From: Camelus dromedarius
Lineage: Eukaryota
DNA: 64,000 nucleotides
NCBI RefSeq assembly: GCF_036321535.1
Contig: NC_087436.1
Span: forward strand, 14,074,001-14,138,000
Direction of reading: 5' to 3'
Shown: positions 24,742 to 38,579 of the stretch, in pieces
Layout of the letters: each line of letters opens with the position of its first letter
Position numbering within the stretch: position 1 is the first letter of the stretch
Notes under the pieces: model-generated
The model's database searches: none
What the model saw: only the letters and a program-made list of their open reading frames with translations
Told to the model about the DNA's origin: nothing
Made by a program: the position numbers and the translations under genes

Positions 24742-26020
24742 GATAGTGGCCATCTTCATAGTGTGAGGGGTTATCTCATTGTGGCTTTGATTTGCATTTC
24801 CCCGATGTTAATTGATGTTGAGCATCTTTTCATGTGCTTGTTGACCATTTGCATATCTTTGTAGAAATGTCTGTTCAAGTCGTTTTGTCCGGTTTTAAAT
24901 TGGATTGTTTGCTTTTTGTTGTTGAGTTGCATGAGTTCTTTATATGCTCTGGATGTCAACCCCTTACCAGGTATACAGTATACAAATATTTTTTCCCTTT
25001 CAATAGGTTGCATTTTCAATCTGTTGATTATTTCCTTTGCTGTATAGAAATGTTTAAAGTTGATATATTACAATTTGTATATTTTTGCTTTTGTTACCTT
25101 TTGTTACTTTTAGTGTCATGTTCAAGGAATCATTGCCAAATCCAATCTTATGAAGCTTTCCCCCTGTTTTCTTCTAAGAGTTTCTTGGTTTCAGGTCTTA
25201 CATATAGGTTTTTAATCTGTTTTGAATTAAGTTTTGTATATGGTGTAAGGCAAGGGTCCAACTTCATTGTTTTGCACGTGGATGTCCAGTTTTCCCAACA
25301 TCATTTGTCGAAGAGACTGGCCTTTCTCCACTGTGTAACCTTAGCACCTTAAGATCAGTTGACCATATATGTGAGGGCTTATTTCTGGGCTTTCTATTCT
25401 GTTTCACTGGGCTATACGTCTGTCTTTGTGCCGGCACCATACTGTTTTGATAACTGTGACTTTGTAATATGCTTTGAAATTGGGAAGTGTGAGGCCTCCA
25501 GCTTCGTTTTCTTTCCTTGAGATTATTTTGGCTATTTGGCATCCTTTAAGATTCCATATGAACTTTAAGATAGGTTTTTCTATTTCTGCAAAAAATACCA
25601 TTGAGATTTTGATAGGGATTTCATTGAATCTGTAGATCCTCTAGGGTAGTATGACATTTTAACAATATTAAGTCTTTCAATCCATAAATATTAAATGTTT
25701 TTCCATTTACATATGTCTTCAATTTCTCTAAACAATGTTTTGTAGTTTTTAGTGTCTTTCATCTTCTTAGTGAAACCTCCTTGGTTAAGTTTATTTCTAA
25801 GTATTTTATTATTTTTAATGCTATTGTAAATGGAATTGCTTCTTAATTTCCTTCTCACATTACTCATTGTTAGTGTACAGAAACACAACTGATTCTTGTG
25901 TGTTGATTTTGTATCCTGCAACTTTACTGAATTCAACTATTCATTCTAAGTTTTTTTGTGTGTGGGATTTCTTAAGGATTTCCAACCTATAAACATTTTA
26001 TTTTTTAAAAATGAACTGTA

Positions 26021-26380
26021 CTGATCAAGCAGATCCCAGAAATCCTGGGCCTAGGTCTGAATAAGGCTGACAAGTTCGTTCCCCTCCTTGCTGACCCACA
26101 ATGAGGACATGGTGGCCAAAGTTGATGAGTGAAGTCCATGATCAAGTTCCAGAAGAAGATGGTGCTGTATGTGGCAGCGGCTATTGGCCACGTGAAGATG
26201 ACAGATGATGACCTTGTGTACAACATCCATTTAGCTGTCAACTTCCTGGTGTCACTGCTCAAGAAAAATTGGCAGAACATCTGAACTTTGTACATTAAAA
26301 GCACCATGGGAAATCCCCAGTGCCTGTGCTAAGACACAGCTTAATAAACCATCCTGCCACCACCAAAAAAAAAAAAAAAA
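26021..26380 (+). pseudogene. RPL10A: 5'-truncated processed pseudogene of RPL10A (uL1)
   Basis: Reads [76 protein letters not shown]; frameshifts, premature TGA at 26282; AATAAA 26343-26348, poly(A), TSD core gaactgt at 26013-26019 and 26382-26388. Confidence 0.96.
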
Positions 26381-26388
26381 GGAACTGT

Positions 26389-26860
26389 GTTCCTTATAAA
26401 TGTTGTTGATGTTACAAAAGATAAACTGTGAACATATTCAGAATAAAGGAGACTAAAGGAACATGAGCGCTAAATGCACTCCTTGATCCTAGACTGCATC
26501 TTACATGGGATGGGGAAATGCTATCAACATTACTGAGCCAGTTAACAAAACTGGAGAACAGATGGCAGATTAGGTAAAAGAACTGTATCAATGTTTGATT
26601 TAGTAAAGTTTATAACTCTACTGTAGTCACATATGAAAATAGCGCTATTCTTAGGAAATACACATAGAAGTTTTGAGTAAGGGACCTTAATAGATGTCAT
26701 GTACTCTCCAAATAGTTCAGGAAAAAAAAAGAGAGAGAATGAGCACAAATAATAAAATGGGCAAAAAAAAGGTAAATCTAATTAAACGGTCTGTGGGAGT
26801 GTACTACGTAGTTTTCCTGCGCTCATAACTTCTTTTTAGGTTTCAAATTATTCCAGATGG
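26389..26860 (+). mobile_element. Old L1 3'UTR (L1MC-like), right part
   Basis: 'aaaggagactaaaggaacatga..ctaaatgca', 'ttcttaggaaatacaca', 'tttcaaattattcca'. Confidence 0.65.
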
Positions 26861-28168
26861 TTGTTGGTTTTAGAAGGCTGGCGCCTGGTGCAAGCTGTCT
26901 CTCCGGCCTGGGGACAGCAGCTCCCACCAGCTGGGCCCTTTGCCGGATGACCCCTTCTGTCCCACCAGGCCCTGCTGTAACGCCAAGAGCAGCACGTGAG
27001 ACATCTTTCCACATGGATTGGTAGTTTTGTCAAGTGGAATTTAATCCTCCCAAATCAGAAGGATTATTTTGGATAAGCCATTAAAATTATTAATTAAAAT
27101 ATTAGTGTCTGATTGCCTTTATTCTTGTTTATAGGAATTTTCTCAATGCCTGGACGCCTTGACCTCTCTCTCCCCGCTCCCCTGTTGAATCCATGTGAAA
27201 TTACTCTCCATTTCTTCCAACACCAGAGGAACCCTCTAAAGGTGGACATGAGGTTTAGGAGAAGAGTCTTTTTAAGATATGCTCAAAGAGGAGACCAAAT
27301 ATTTTGGGCTGACTGTTTTTGGAGCCTCTAGTAATGTGAGGCAAGTTTGGTAAGGTAGCGCCACTGTCCTCAAGCAACTTACGCTCTAACATAAGAAAGC
27401 ACGGGAACACACAAAAAGCTAGATCATCGTAAAACTTGTATTTTAATAGTTCCCCACATGTGGAACCATCAAGCAATGGAAATTAGTTGATTCATTACTG
27501 GAAGACTGTAAGGGTCCCTGTTGGTGGAGAGGGTTCAGGAGACCTTACGGAATGGAGAGGTAGGGCTGAGATGGAAGCCTGGGCGGGATTCGTGTACAGG
27601 AGGAAAGAGGTTTCCAGGAAGGAGAGCCCCACCAACCGCAGTGTGGAGGTGGGACTGCTCAGGCCTGTTTGAAGCACAGTGAATGGACCCCTTTGTCGGA
27701 AGTTGAGAGTTTGGGGTAAATTTCTTTGAGTAAATTGATAAGGAATCTCCAGAGCTCTGAATCCCAGCAGCTGAGGCTTTGTGGGTGATGGAGATTCAAA
27801 GAAAAGGCTTCAGAGCAGAGGCTGGGGTTAGGAAGCCCTCTTCAGAAGCAATTGACTTTCAGAGCCCATTTATTGAGCACCCGTTGTGGTTCAAGTACTT
27901 CATATACTTAACTCTGACCCTCACAGAAACCTTGTAAGGCAGAGAGAATCACCTCCATGCTGGCAGGATGTGCTGCGGTTCCTGGGAGGGGCAAGCACTC
28001 TGCCTGGGGCCCTGCAGGTAGGAAGGGGCGGAGCCATGGGTCGGACTTCAGGGTGGGGCCTTCTCCTGGACACCCTTTCCCCTCCCTGTTGCAGTAGGAG
28101 CACAAAGCCATAAAGCCTGAACCAGGGCAGTGACACTGGGCACTGAAGGTATAAAACAATGTGGGGTT

Positions 28169-28300
28169 GGGGGAAGGGTCTAGCTCAGTCGTAGAGCACG
28201 TGCTTAGCATGCACAAGGTCCTGGGTTCAATCCCCAGTACCTCCTCTATAAATAAACCTAAGTACCCCCACACCCCCACAAAAAAAAAGAATTAAAAAAA
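28169..28300 (+). mobile_element. tRNA-derived SINE (vic-1-like)
   Basis: 'tagctcagtcgtagagcacgtgcttagcatgcacaaggtcctgggttcaatccccagtacctcc' plus A-rich tail. Confidence 0.92.
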
Positions 28301-28724
28301 TTTTTTTTAAATATGAGGAAAATGTAAAGGAAAAATTGACAAGACTGGGTGAATAATTAAGCTTAGTAGGTGACTGAAAAGGAAGTTAAATCAAGCTTCA
28401 TTTTGTTTTTCAAGAAAGAACATACTGTTTCTTTTGTGCTAGCTTTTTGGAGAAAGGAAAAAATTGACAACAATATTATACCTATACTCGAAAACTAAAC
28501 ACTTAAGTCTAGTATAAGATGTTCTAAATGTACATACGTATGTATAATATGGCAAAGAATTAGATTAATGCTATAAGAGCAAAATATACAGAGGGTTGTA
28601 GATGGTTAAGAGGGAGAAGATCTTGGCTGTAATATCAAGCATCCATTGAAGAGAAAATATTTGACCTGGACTTTAAGAAATGGATAAAGCTTTCCCTGGC
28701 AGAGGGAAGTAAGGGGAGGGTTTT

Positions 28725-28938
28725 CTAGGCTTTCTCAACCTTGGAACTATTCACATCTTCAACCTGGATAAGTCTTTGCTGTGGGGGTTGGGGAGAGGTC
28801 CTGTGCATTGTAGAAGGTTTAGCAGCATCTCTGGCTTCTACCCACTGGATACCCCTCCCAGCTGCGACAACCAAAATGTCTCTAGACGTTGCTAAATTTC
28901 TCCTGGAGGGAAAAATCAACCTTGGTGAGAACCACTGT
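28725..28938. mobile_element. MER20 (hAT-Charlie non-autonomous)
   Basis: 'ttctcaaccttggaactatt', 'cctgtgcattgtagaaggtttagcagcatc', 'gagaaccactg'. Confidence 0.88.
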
Positions 28939-29329
28939 TCTAATATAAGAGAATGATGTTAGGAAGGGAGTATGTTTGGGAAATAAAGGAGCATCTGTAT
29001 TAGCCTGTTTTAGAATGTGTTCCTGGGAACATTAGTGTCTAGTGAGATAAGTGATGGTCCCCTAAACAGGGTTCATGGTCAAATAATAGCATTGAGAAAC
29101 ACCACATACTTTCCCCCTCAATTGGAAATTCACAGTATATTTTAGAATAATAAAGGCTTTGAGAGATTGTGCAGGAAAGCTGTTTGACATCGGGTAAATT
29201 TAATTATCAAAGAACTTTTTTTTTTTAAAATCGAGGAACAAGTATTAAGCTCATGAAGGGCACTGTTGTATTGCAGGACACAGCTTGACAAATGATGGGG
29301 TATTTGACTGAAACAGTGGATATGAAAGA

Positions 29330-30560
29330 TTTACAGCTGGAAAAACAGAGATAGATTCTAGAACCAGATTCGGAGGGCTTGGAACTCAGGCTAAGATGTC
29401 TGAATTTCATTTAGTCAACAATAGGGCGGTAACCATCAGGAAGCATAATTAAAACTGTGCTTCAGTTGTTCATGTATTAATTCGGTGTCTATTAAGCAAC
29501 ATTGGTCTATTGGCAGCAACCCAGTGAGATAAGAAGATATAGAAACAGGAACCAAAGTACATTAAGTTATTGCAAAAGTAATAACTTAGAGTGGTAATGA
29601 TGGCAAGAAGAAGAGCATTTTGGAGAGTAACATAACCTAGCGTCTGATTGGTTGGAGGGAGCAAGAAAGTGAGGAGCCAGTGATGACTACAGAATTTCAG
29701 GCTTGAGTTACTGGAAGTTTGTTGGTACCTTTAGCAGAGGGAGGACACAGGATAGGCAAAGCAGATTTGGGGAGAAATGGTTTCATTTTGGACGTGTGGA
29801 ATTTGAGAGGTTGGGAGGACATTCAGGGGTTCAGGAGGCAGCTGACATTATAAGTCAAGAGTGAAAATGGAACTGGAAATAAATTTTGGGGAAGTCATCT
29901 GCCCCAAAAAGGTAGTAAGAGAAGTGGTGAATGTGAATGTGGCAGTGAAAGGGGGAAAGAGCAGGGAGAGAAGGAGAGATGGAGACAGCTTAGAACAGAG
30001 CCCTGGAGAACATCTACAGAGAACGGAAAAAGGGAGACAATGTAGCAAGGGAGACAGAAGGATTTCTTAGAGAAGTAGGAGACCTAAGAAAAAATGTCAG
30101 AGAAGGCCAGGGGAGGGAGAGTGGAGAACCATACGACCACGTTACAAAGAAGCCAAAGAAGAGGAACACTGGGGAGAGGCCACTGGGTTTAGGATTGAGG
30201 TCAAAGGAGGCTATTGAAAAGAGTTTCTGTAGAATGATGGGGCTAGAAACTAAACTGCAAGGAGTGAATGGGTGCTGAGGAAGTTGAGACAAAGATTACT
30301 TTTTTGAACAGTTTGCCATCGTGACTGTTTAGAATTAGTAGCCATTGAAGGTAACAGGGTTGAAGCAAGAATTGTTCGTTTGTCTTGGGATGCGGAGATA
30401 TGAACATGTTCAATGACAAAAAAAATAAGGAACCAGAGGAGATTAAGAGACTCAAGAAAGAGGAATAATAATTGATAGGGCATACTTAGGAGGAGTCAAC
30501 TGAAATGAGATCAAGGTCAGAGATACTTTGACAAAAGAGGAGAGACCTGTCTTCTGAGTC
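29330..30560. mobile_element. L2 LINE remnant
   Basis: Purine-rich L2-like phrases 'gagccagtgatgactacagaatttcaggcttgagttactggaag', 'cattttggacgtgtggaatttgag', 'gaacagagccctggagaaca'. Confidence 0.65.
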
Positions 30561-30999
30561 AGGAGTGAAGGAAGAGAAGATAGATAAGAAGAAGTCTTTA
30601 GGTGGAGACCTCAATAAATTCAAACCTTAATCCATTCAGAGATCTAGGTTGTCAGCTACGATGATCAGGAATGGGACTGAACATTGAAAGTATAGGAAAT
30701 AGTTAGCAGTTATGAAAAATATGAGTTAAAAAGAGATGGCTTAAATGCTGTCCAAGCTAGAATGAGATCTAAAATTTGCTGCTTGGACTTATAGCTGACC
30801 CAGTTAGTATAATTTGGTGACCTTCAGGAATGCTCAGAAACAAAGAAAGTGAAAAATGGGCAATAAAAACATATCCAAAGGTGATCCAAATATTGGCGTT
30901 ATCAGGCAGGGACTTTAAAATAACTAATGAATATGATTAAGAAAATAGATGATGAAATGGAAAGTTTTATTAAAGGACTGGAATCCATAAAAAGTAACT

Positions 31000-31184
31000 G
31001 GGCGGGGGGAGGATGGTGTAGCTCAGTGGTAGAACAGGTGCCTAGCAAGCACATGGTTCCGGGTTCAGTCCCAGTACCTCTATTAGAAAGTAAATAAAAT
31101 CTAACTACCTCCTCCCCTCCACAAAGTATACAGTGCTATATATCAATTATATTTCAGTAAAACTGGAAGAAAAAAAATTTAAAT
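31000..31184 (+). mobile_element. tRNA-derived SINE followed by an L1 terminal fragment
   Basis: SINE ~31000-31125 then 'atacagtgctatatatcaattatatttcagtaaaactggaagaaaaaaaa'. Confidence 0.85.
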
Positions 31185-34100
31185 AAAGTAATCAATGTAT
31201 CAATTATCTCAATTTTAAAAAGCCACCAGGTAGAAATGATTGAACTGAAATGCAATAATTGAAATGAAGAACTTAGCTGATGAGTTGAAAAGCAAATTAT
31301 ACACAGCTGAAGAGAGAATTAATGATCTTAAAGAGAGTTCAAAAGAAAATACTGAAACTAAAGGAAGAAGATCAAAAAGATTGGAAAATATAGGAAAGAA
31401 TATAAGAAGACTGATGGGATATGGTGTATTATTGGAGTCCCAGAAGGGGAAGAAAGAGACAAGAAAGGATGTTTTATGTTGGTAATTGGGTCAATCCACC
31501 AGGCAGATATAACAATTCTAAATTTATATGTTGCTAATAACATAGGTCCAAAAACATATAACACAAAAATTGGCATATCTAAAAGAAGGAATAGACAAAT
31601 CCACAATCAAGGTGGGAGATTTTAACATGCAACTCTCAGAAACTGATAGGACAAGTAGACAAAAGCAAACAAAAACCAAACAAACCAGTAAGGATATGGA
31701 AAATTTGAAACCCACAATTCACAATTCTGACCTAACTTAAATGTTCTAAATCCTGCACCCAACAGCTGCAGAGTAGATTTTTAAAAAATATTCACATAGC
31801 TCTTTTACCAAAACTGACCTAATGCTAGGCGATGCAACAAATTCAATAACCTCAAAGGATTGAAATCATACAGATTATGTCTGACTAAAATGGAATTAAG
31901 CAAGAAATCAATAACAGAAAATAAATAGACAATTCCACAATATTAAGATATTAGTAGTAATGTACTACTAAATAACCCATGGTTCAAAGAGGCAATCTCA
32001 ATGGAATTGGAAAATATTTTAACTGAATATAATAAAAATATTACATACTGAAACATGTGGGATGCAGCTAAAGTCACTCTTAGAGGACAACATATAGTCT
32101 TAAAATGAATAGCTTAGAAGACAATATCTGAAGTGTAAAGAAGATTTATAAAATTAAGGATCTATGCAGCTCAATCTATGGATAAGTTTTTAGAATTAAT
32201 AATTAAATTCAGCAGGTATACTGGAAACAGGTTAATACATAAAAATCAACTGTATTTCTAAATATCCACAATAAATAATTAGAAAATTAAATTCAAAACT
32301 CAGTATTATTTACAACAGCATAAAAAAAACAAATATTAGAAATAATTCTAACAAAAGATGTGCAAGATGTCTATACAGAAACTATAAACATTATTTAGAG
32401 ACAGTAAAGAAAGTCTGAAAAATGGAGGAATATATCATGTTTGTGAATTGGAGCATATAATATTGTAAAGATACCAATTTCCCCCAAATTCATAGATTCA
32501 ATGTAAACCTTAAAAATATCCTGGCAGTTTTTTAAAAACATGGAACTTGACAAGAATTTAAATATATGGAAAAGAATTTTATATATGGAAATACAAAGGG
32601 CCAAGGGCCAAGAATAGCCAGGACAATCTTGAAGAAGAAGAAAGCTGAAATACACTAGATATCACAAGATATAGTGCTAAGTAATTAAGACAGTGTGGTA
32701 TTGGCATGAGAAAAAAACTAGATCAATGGAATAGAACAGAGAAACCAGAAACAAACCGACACTTGATTTATAACAAAGATGATATTGTAGTACAGTGGGG
32801 GAAAGGACAGTCTTCTTAGTAAGTGATTCTGGGTCAGTGGAAATCCATATGGAGAAAGCCTCATCTTAATCTCTACCTCACATGATGAAGAAAACAACAA
32901 AACAAAACAAAACAAAACCCAGCTTGACTGTAGATCTAAATGTGAAAAGTAAAAGAAATATACTTTGAGAAGATAACATAGGAGAATTTTTCTTGTATTA
33001 TCTAGATATGCTAAAATTTCTTAAACAGGACATGAAAGTCAGTAGCCATAGATTAATTAGTCTACATGAAAATAAAGAACTTTTGTTCATCAAAAGATAC
33101 CATTTGAAGGAGTGAAAAGGCAAGCCACAGACTGAAAAAAGGGAAATGCAATATATATTTCTAACAAAGGGCTTATTCAGAATGAATGAAGAGGTCCTTT
33201 AAGTTACTAAGGAAAGGACAGGAAAAAACAAATACTGCAGAAAAGCGAGCAAAGGACTTAGCATGCACATCACAAGAGAATATCCAAAGGGCTAAGGCGC
33301 ATCTTAAAAGGTGGTCAACCTCATTCCTCAGCAAGGAAATGCAAATTTAAACCCTAATTAGATGCCACTCTTTACCCACCAGAATGGCTAATAGTAAAAT
33401 TAGTGTTAGTGAGGATGTGGATCAACTAGGGATATACTGTTAGTGGGTGTGCAAATTGCTTCAGCCACTTTGGAAACTGGCAGAACTTACTAAAGCTGAA
33501 TATATGAATACATAATGACCCAGCAATTCCACTCCTGGGTATATATTCACAGCCATGCATACATGTGTACACAGAAAGATATTAAAAATGTTCATAGTAG
33601 TAGTAGTCATAATAATCAAAAATTAGAAACAACCCAAAGTCCTTCAGCATTAAAGTGGATAAATAAATTACGATAAAGTTACCTAGTGGGGTGTTATAAA
33701 CTATTGAAAATTAAATATTGCTGTATGCAATAACATGGATGATACTCACAAAAATAACAAAAACAAGAAGTCAGACACAAAGTAACACATACTGAATGGT
33801 TCAATTTATATAAAGTTCAAAAACAAAGGCAATCACCTCGCACCTATCAAGGTGACTACAATATTAAAAAAAATGTTGGAGAGGGTGTGATGAAATTTCG
33901 ACCTTTTGTGCTCTGTGAGTAGAAATGAAAAATGATGTAGCTACTATGGAAAATGATATGGAAGTTCAAAAAGTTAAAAATAGAATTACTATATGATGTA
34001 GCAATCCCACTTCTTGGAATATACCCCAAATAATTTAAAGCAGGGTGCCAAAGAAATATTTCTATACCCATGTTCATAGCAGCATTATTTACAATAGCCA

Positions 34101-35399
34101 AAAGGTGGAGGCAACCCAAGTGTTCATTGACAGAAGAATGAATAGACAAAGTGTGGTATGTACCTAGAATGGAATAGTATTCAGCAGTATAAAGGAAGGA
34201 AATGCTGACATATGCTACAACATGGATGAATCTTGAAGACATTTTGCAAAGTGAAATAAGCCAGTCACAAAAATACTAATACTGCATGATTCCACTTATC
34301 TGAGGTACCTAGAGTAATCAAATTTGTAGAGACAGGAAATAAAAAGGCTGGTTGCCAGGGACTGTGGGGGGCAGGACACAGAGAGTTATTTTTTTAACAG
34401 GTATAGAGTTTTAATTTTGCAAGATAAAAAGAATTCTGAAGACTGGTTGCACAATCACATGAATGTACATAGCATTAGTGACCTGTACACTTAAAAAGGA
34501 CTAATATGGTCAATTTTATGTGTATTTAAAATTTTTTAAATAAACAAAAGTAAAATGAATGTGGAGATTGACATCAGTACAGTAGTTACCTTTGGTGAGG
34601 GACTAGTGACTGGGAATCCTGAGGGGAGTTTTGGGGGTTCTGGGGGTGCTGTTTCCTGATCTGGGTAGTAAGCACATGAATGTTTTCATGCTTGAGAATC
34701 AACAAGTGATATACTTTGACTTGTGTACTTATCTACAAGCTCCAATCAAATTAATAACAAAAATTACCTTGAAAAGAAGTCAAAGTTGAACATATAAGAA
34801 TAGTTAAGGATTTGGGGGCAGGGGAGGATGGATAATAAATGAATACCTACTTAATATCAAAATATATTATAAAACTATTAAAAGAGTGTGGTCACTGGCA
34901 CAGAAATAGACAATCCAATCAATGGAAGAAAATAAAATCTAAAAACAGCCCCATGTAGTAAATGAAAATTTAACAGGTGATCAAGGAGGCATTTCAAATC
35001 AAAAGAGGAAAAATGAATTATCCAGAAATGATACTGAGGCAGCTGGCAACTTACCTGGATGTCAAGGAGCTAGATCCTACTAAATGCTTTCCACAGAAAA
35101 AGGAATTCTGGTGGAGTGAAGATTCACATTTTTATTAGGAACCATACATATACTATAACGCTAATCATGTCATGGTTGTAACATTTTAAATCACAGTCCT
35201 CCAAAATACTAGTAAATTTGACTTCAGTAAAAATAAACAGCTTCTATAACTACCAAAACAAAAAGACAAATTATATATTCTAAAAATTGTGACAGCAAAG
35301 AAATTATATTTCTAAGACATAAAGAGCTTTTACAATTGGAAAAGAAAAGTAATAACACCCTTTTAGAAAATGAACAAGGGACATGGGGAGCTAATTCAT

Positions 35400-35504
35400 A
35401 AAAAGAAGAAGAGGAAGAAGGAGGTGGAGGAGGAGGAGGTGGAAGAGGAGGAGGTGGAAGAGGAGGAGGAGGAGGTAGAGGAGGAGGAGGAGGAAGAGGA
35501 AGAA
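35400..35504. repeat. (GAA/GAG)n purine-rich low-complexity repeat
   Basis: Direct observation. Confidence 0.95.
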
Positions 35505-35891
35505 AGTGGCCAGTAAACACAAAAATGTGTTCAATATCAGAAGTTAGCAAAGAAATGCAACTTAAAACATATATATGTATATGGGTTCATCAGGTTGGCA
35601 AAGTTTAAAAAGAATCTGAGAACCTGGCGTTAGTAAGCACATGAGGAAATGCACTCTGATGAGATGATAAATTGCAGGGCAGAATAATAATCTGTATCAA
35701 AATTTAAAATAAACTTTCCCTTTGATCCAGCAGCTTAATTTCTATAAATTTACCTTTAAGTAAATAATCAGCCAAATATTCTAAAGATGTCCATTGCAGT
35801 GTAATTTATAAGAGTGAAATACTGGAAAAAAATTAAATGTATATAAAACTGTAGTTGGCTAATAAATTATGATACTTACATACAAGCAATA

Positions 35892-36844
35892 CAGTCAGCC
35901 CTCTGTATTGGTGGCCTCCACATTTGTGGGTTTGACCAAACTGGGATCAAAAATACTCGGGGAAAAAAAAGTTCTTCAGAAAGTTCCAGAAAGCAAAATT
36001 TGAATTTGCTGCAGGCCAGCAACTATTTACATAGCATTTACATTGTATCAAGTATTATTAGACATCTAGAGATGATTTAAAGTATATAGGAGGATATCCT
36101 CCTTGACTTAAAACAAGAAGCTGTCTTGCCCCTGGGACCCCTAGATCAGGCATCCAGAGACTTTATTTCCTGACAGGCAGGTTGATGCCCTTACTCAGCC
36201 CTAAAGCAGCTCCAGAAGACAGACCATCACTCTTCTGCTTCCCATAAGATTATGGGCATGAAATCTCTGAGGGGAGAATGAGACAGGAGGGAAGGGAGCA
36301 GAGGACAGCCATTAATAGAATGACACAGCCATTGAGGATACAACAAAAATTGGTTGGAACCTACTAGGCCCAAGAGGGCAGAAGGTTCAACTTCCAATAG
36401 ACCTTGAGTCTCATTATACACTCACTGTAATATGTTAGCATATTAAGTGGCACTCCTACAGGCGCCATGACAGTTTTGAGGCTGACCATAAAAGGCCAAC
36501 AGGTGGGCAGTGGCCCAGTCCCAGGAAGTCATCTCCCCATCCCCAAAAATGTTGGACTAATCTTCCCACTTGTTAGCCCATGAAATTACTCAGCCTGTAA
36601 AAACTGACCACCCCATACCCTGGGGCCTCTCACCCCTGAGACGGCCCGCACTCTGTCTGTGAAGTGAGTCTCTCCATGGATAAATCTTTCACTTAAAAAG
36701 TAAATAAATAAAGTATATGGGAGGATGTGCTTAATGCAAAAACAGCATCATTTTACGGAAACGTCTTGAGCATCTGGGGATTTTGGTATCTTGGGGATGG
36801 GGGTGTCTTGGAACCAATTCCACTTGGATATTGAGGGACAAGTC
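35892..36844 (-). mobile_element. MER2 DNA transposon split by an insertion
   Basis: 35892-36095 and 36727-36844 together give the reverse complement of the MER2 at 8821-9142. Confidence 0.88.
36096..36709 (+). mobile_element. ERV1 (MER41-like) 3' internal end plus U3-R, polyadenylated retrocopy
   Basis: Polypurine tract gaggggagaa 36269-36278, LTR start TGAGACAGG at 36279, ends in A-rich tail after 'gataaatctttcactt'; 17-bp TSD aaagtatat(a/g)ggaggat at 36079-36095 and 36710-36726. Confidence 0.8.
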
Positions 36845-36963
36845 TACCAAGTAGTCATGAGAAATGATTATATTTATTGTTGATGAGTTAAAAAGGCAGT
36901 TACCTAGAACCAAGCATAACATCATCCCCCTGATGATATTTATTTCTAGTATGCGTGCGTGCA

Positions 36964-36997
36964 TACACACACACACATACACACACACACACACACA
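36964..36997. repeat. (CA)n microsatellite
   Basis: Direct observation. Confidence 0.95.
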
Positions 36998-38579
36998 GAG
37001 CTATCTGGAAAAATGGTCACCAAATTTTAATAGTCATTATCTCAAGGTAATAGAGTTCAGCTTTCTTTTGAATACTTTTATTAATGTTTGAATTTGTTCA
37101 ATGAATAATACACTCTTTGTATGAGAAGGAAAAAACAGTGTTATTCTCTTTTGAAAAATAAAAGGTCAAGGGGCCATAGCCTGGTCTGTTTTAGCCACAG
37201 GCACCACTTCCACATTCTTGTGCTGCTTGCCACGTTCGTTCCCCACTTGTCCTACTAACCTCTCCTTAAAACAGCAAATCAGATCGATAACTAAAGGCTA
37301 GGAGCGGCTGTCGGGTCAGCATGCAGTGAGGGGCACCGCCACTGTGCCCAGAAGGCCTTCTCTGCACCACGCACTTCACAAAGGTCAAGGTGCTTTCCGT
37401 GTACTGAGATGCTTGCCTCCTGCCAGCAGCTGGCAGCTGTGCCTTCTCCTCCCGCTCCTCTGAAGCAGGAAACAGTGCCTGGGGATCCCGAAAGCCCCAA
37501 TTTGTTTTTTTCTGTGTTTGGAGGAGTTTGGGGATGGCTGGGTGATTTGCATTTCTATAGGCCTTTCACTAGGGATCTAAGAGCTCACAGCCATTCATCC
37601 TCATTGCAAACTCTGGAGGCCCAAAGGGGCCAGGAAGCTTTGGGTTTTAAGGCAGATACAACATTCTACCGACGACAGAGAAGGCGTTCTACCAAGGGAA
37701 GTTTGAAATGTTCGGTCCTACCTATGATCTCTTTTCCACCACGCTTGCTAATCCTACAGAAACAGTCATCATTTTCCTTTTAATTAGCAGCTACGATGGT
37801 AACTGAAGCAAAGAAAAGAAACAGGATTTGGGTGCCACGAGACACTGCTTCCAAGAACCACACCGTTTCCGATGCAGGGCTGAGGACACCACTGAAATAA
37901 GCACTGCAGTCGCTGGAAATGTTGACGTCCTCTCAAGTGCCTCCTGCTTGTGTAGACGTTTCAATGTGACCGACGTTGTTTTCAAGGCGCAAAGTGTGGT
38001 GGGATTTCCACCCTTAATGGTTACAGTTTGAAGAACTGGAGATGCTCAGAGTATTGGCCTGAAAGCCTCAAAAACGGGCACTAGGACCCATCTACAAGCA
38101 ACTTTCTTCCCTGACCTGCAAGCAGGCACCTTTCTCGGGGAGGGTTGACCAGGAAGCCCGACAGGGTCACGTGCATCACCCCACGCCAGCTCCCCAGGCT
38201 TCAGGGCACCTCCAGCTAATCTGGAAGTTTGACTAGAAGCCAAGGGGAGTGGTTACATAACCCTGAAAGTTTAAACTTGGGAAAACACACACATGGACCT
38301 AAACAAGAGCCCAATTAAAAGGAGAAAACCACGGCACTAGATCCCATTCCCTATTTTGCCGCCCTGTAGAGCAATAAGGATGTATTAATCGTTACATTTA
38401 CCTGACCTCCTGGCTGCCCAAATGGCCATGTCATCCAAGCAATTAAAAAGTACGAGCTTGCTGCCTCCCAGGACCCTTAGAATGTCATCTCTTGTGTTCA
38501 AATAAAAGCAAAAAATCTTACAAACCTCCATTGGACTCATCTTTGCATTTCTTTCTTATGATCAGTACTAATGGGCACA

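Larger units (their letters stand above)
30850..35890 (+). mobile_element. Cluster of decayed L1 fragments (ORF1/ORF2/3'UTR) including a nested younger L1MB-type 3' end (~33830-34545)
   Basis: Endonuclease-region 'gtgggagattttaacatgcaactctcagaaactgataggacaagtagacaaaa'; 3' motifs 'ccatgttcatagcagcattatttacaatagccaaaaggtggaggcaacccaagtgttc'; A-rich plus strand. Confidence 0.9.

Noticed and set aside
35224..35550. Poly-proline ORF
   Set aside because: Antisense reading of a (GAG)n repeat inside L1 debris
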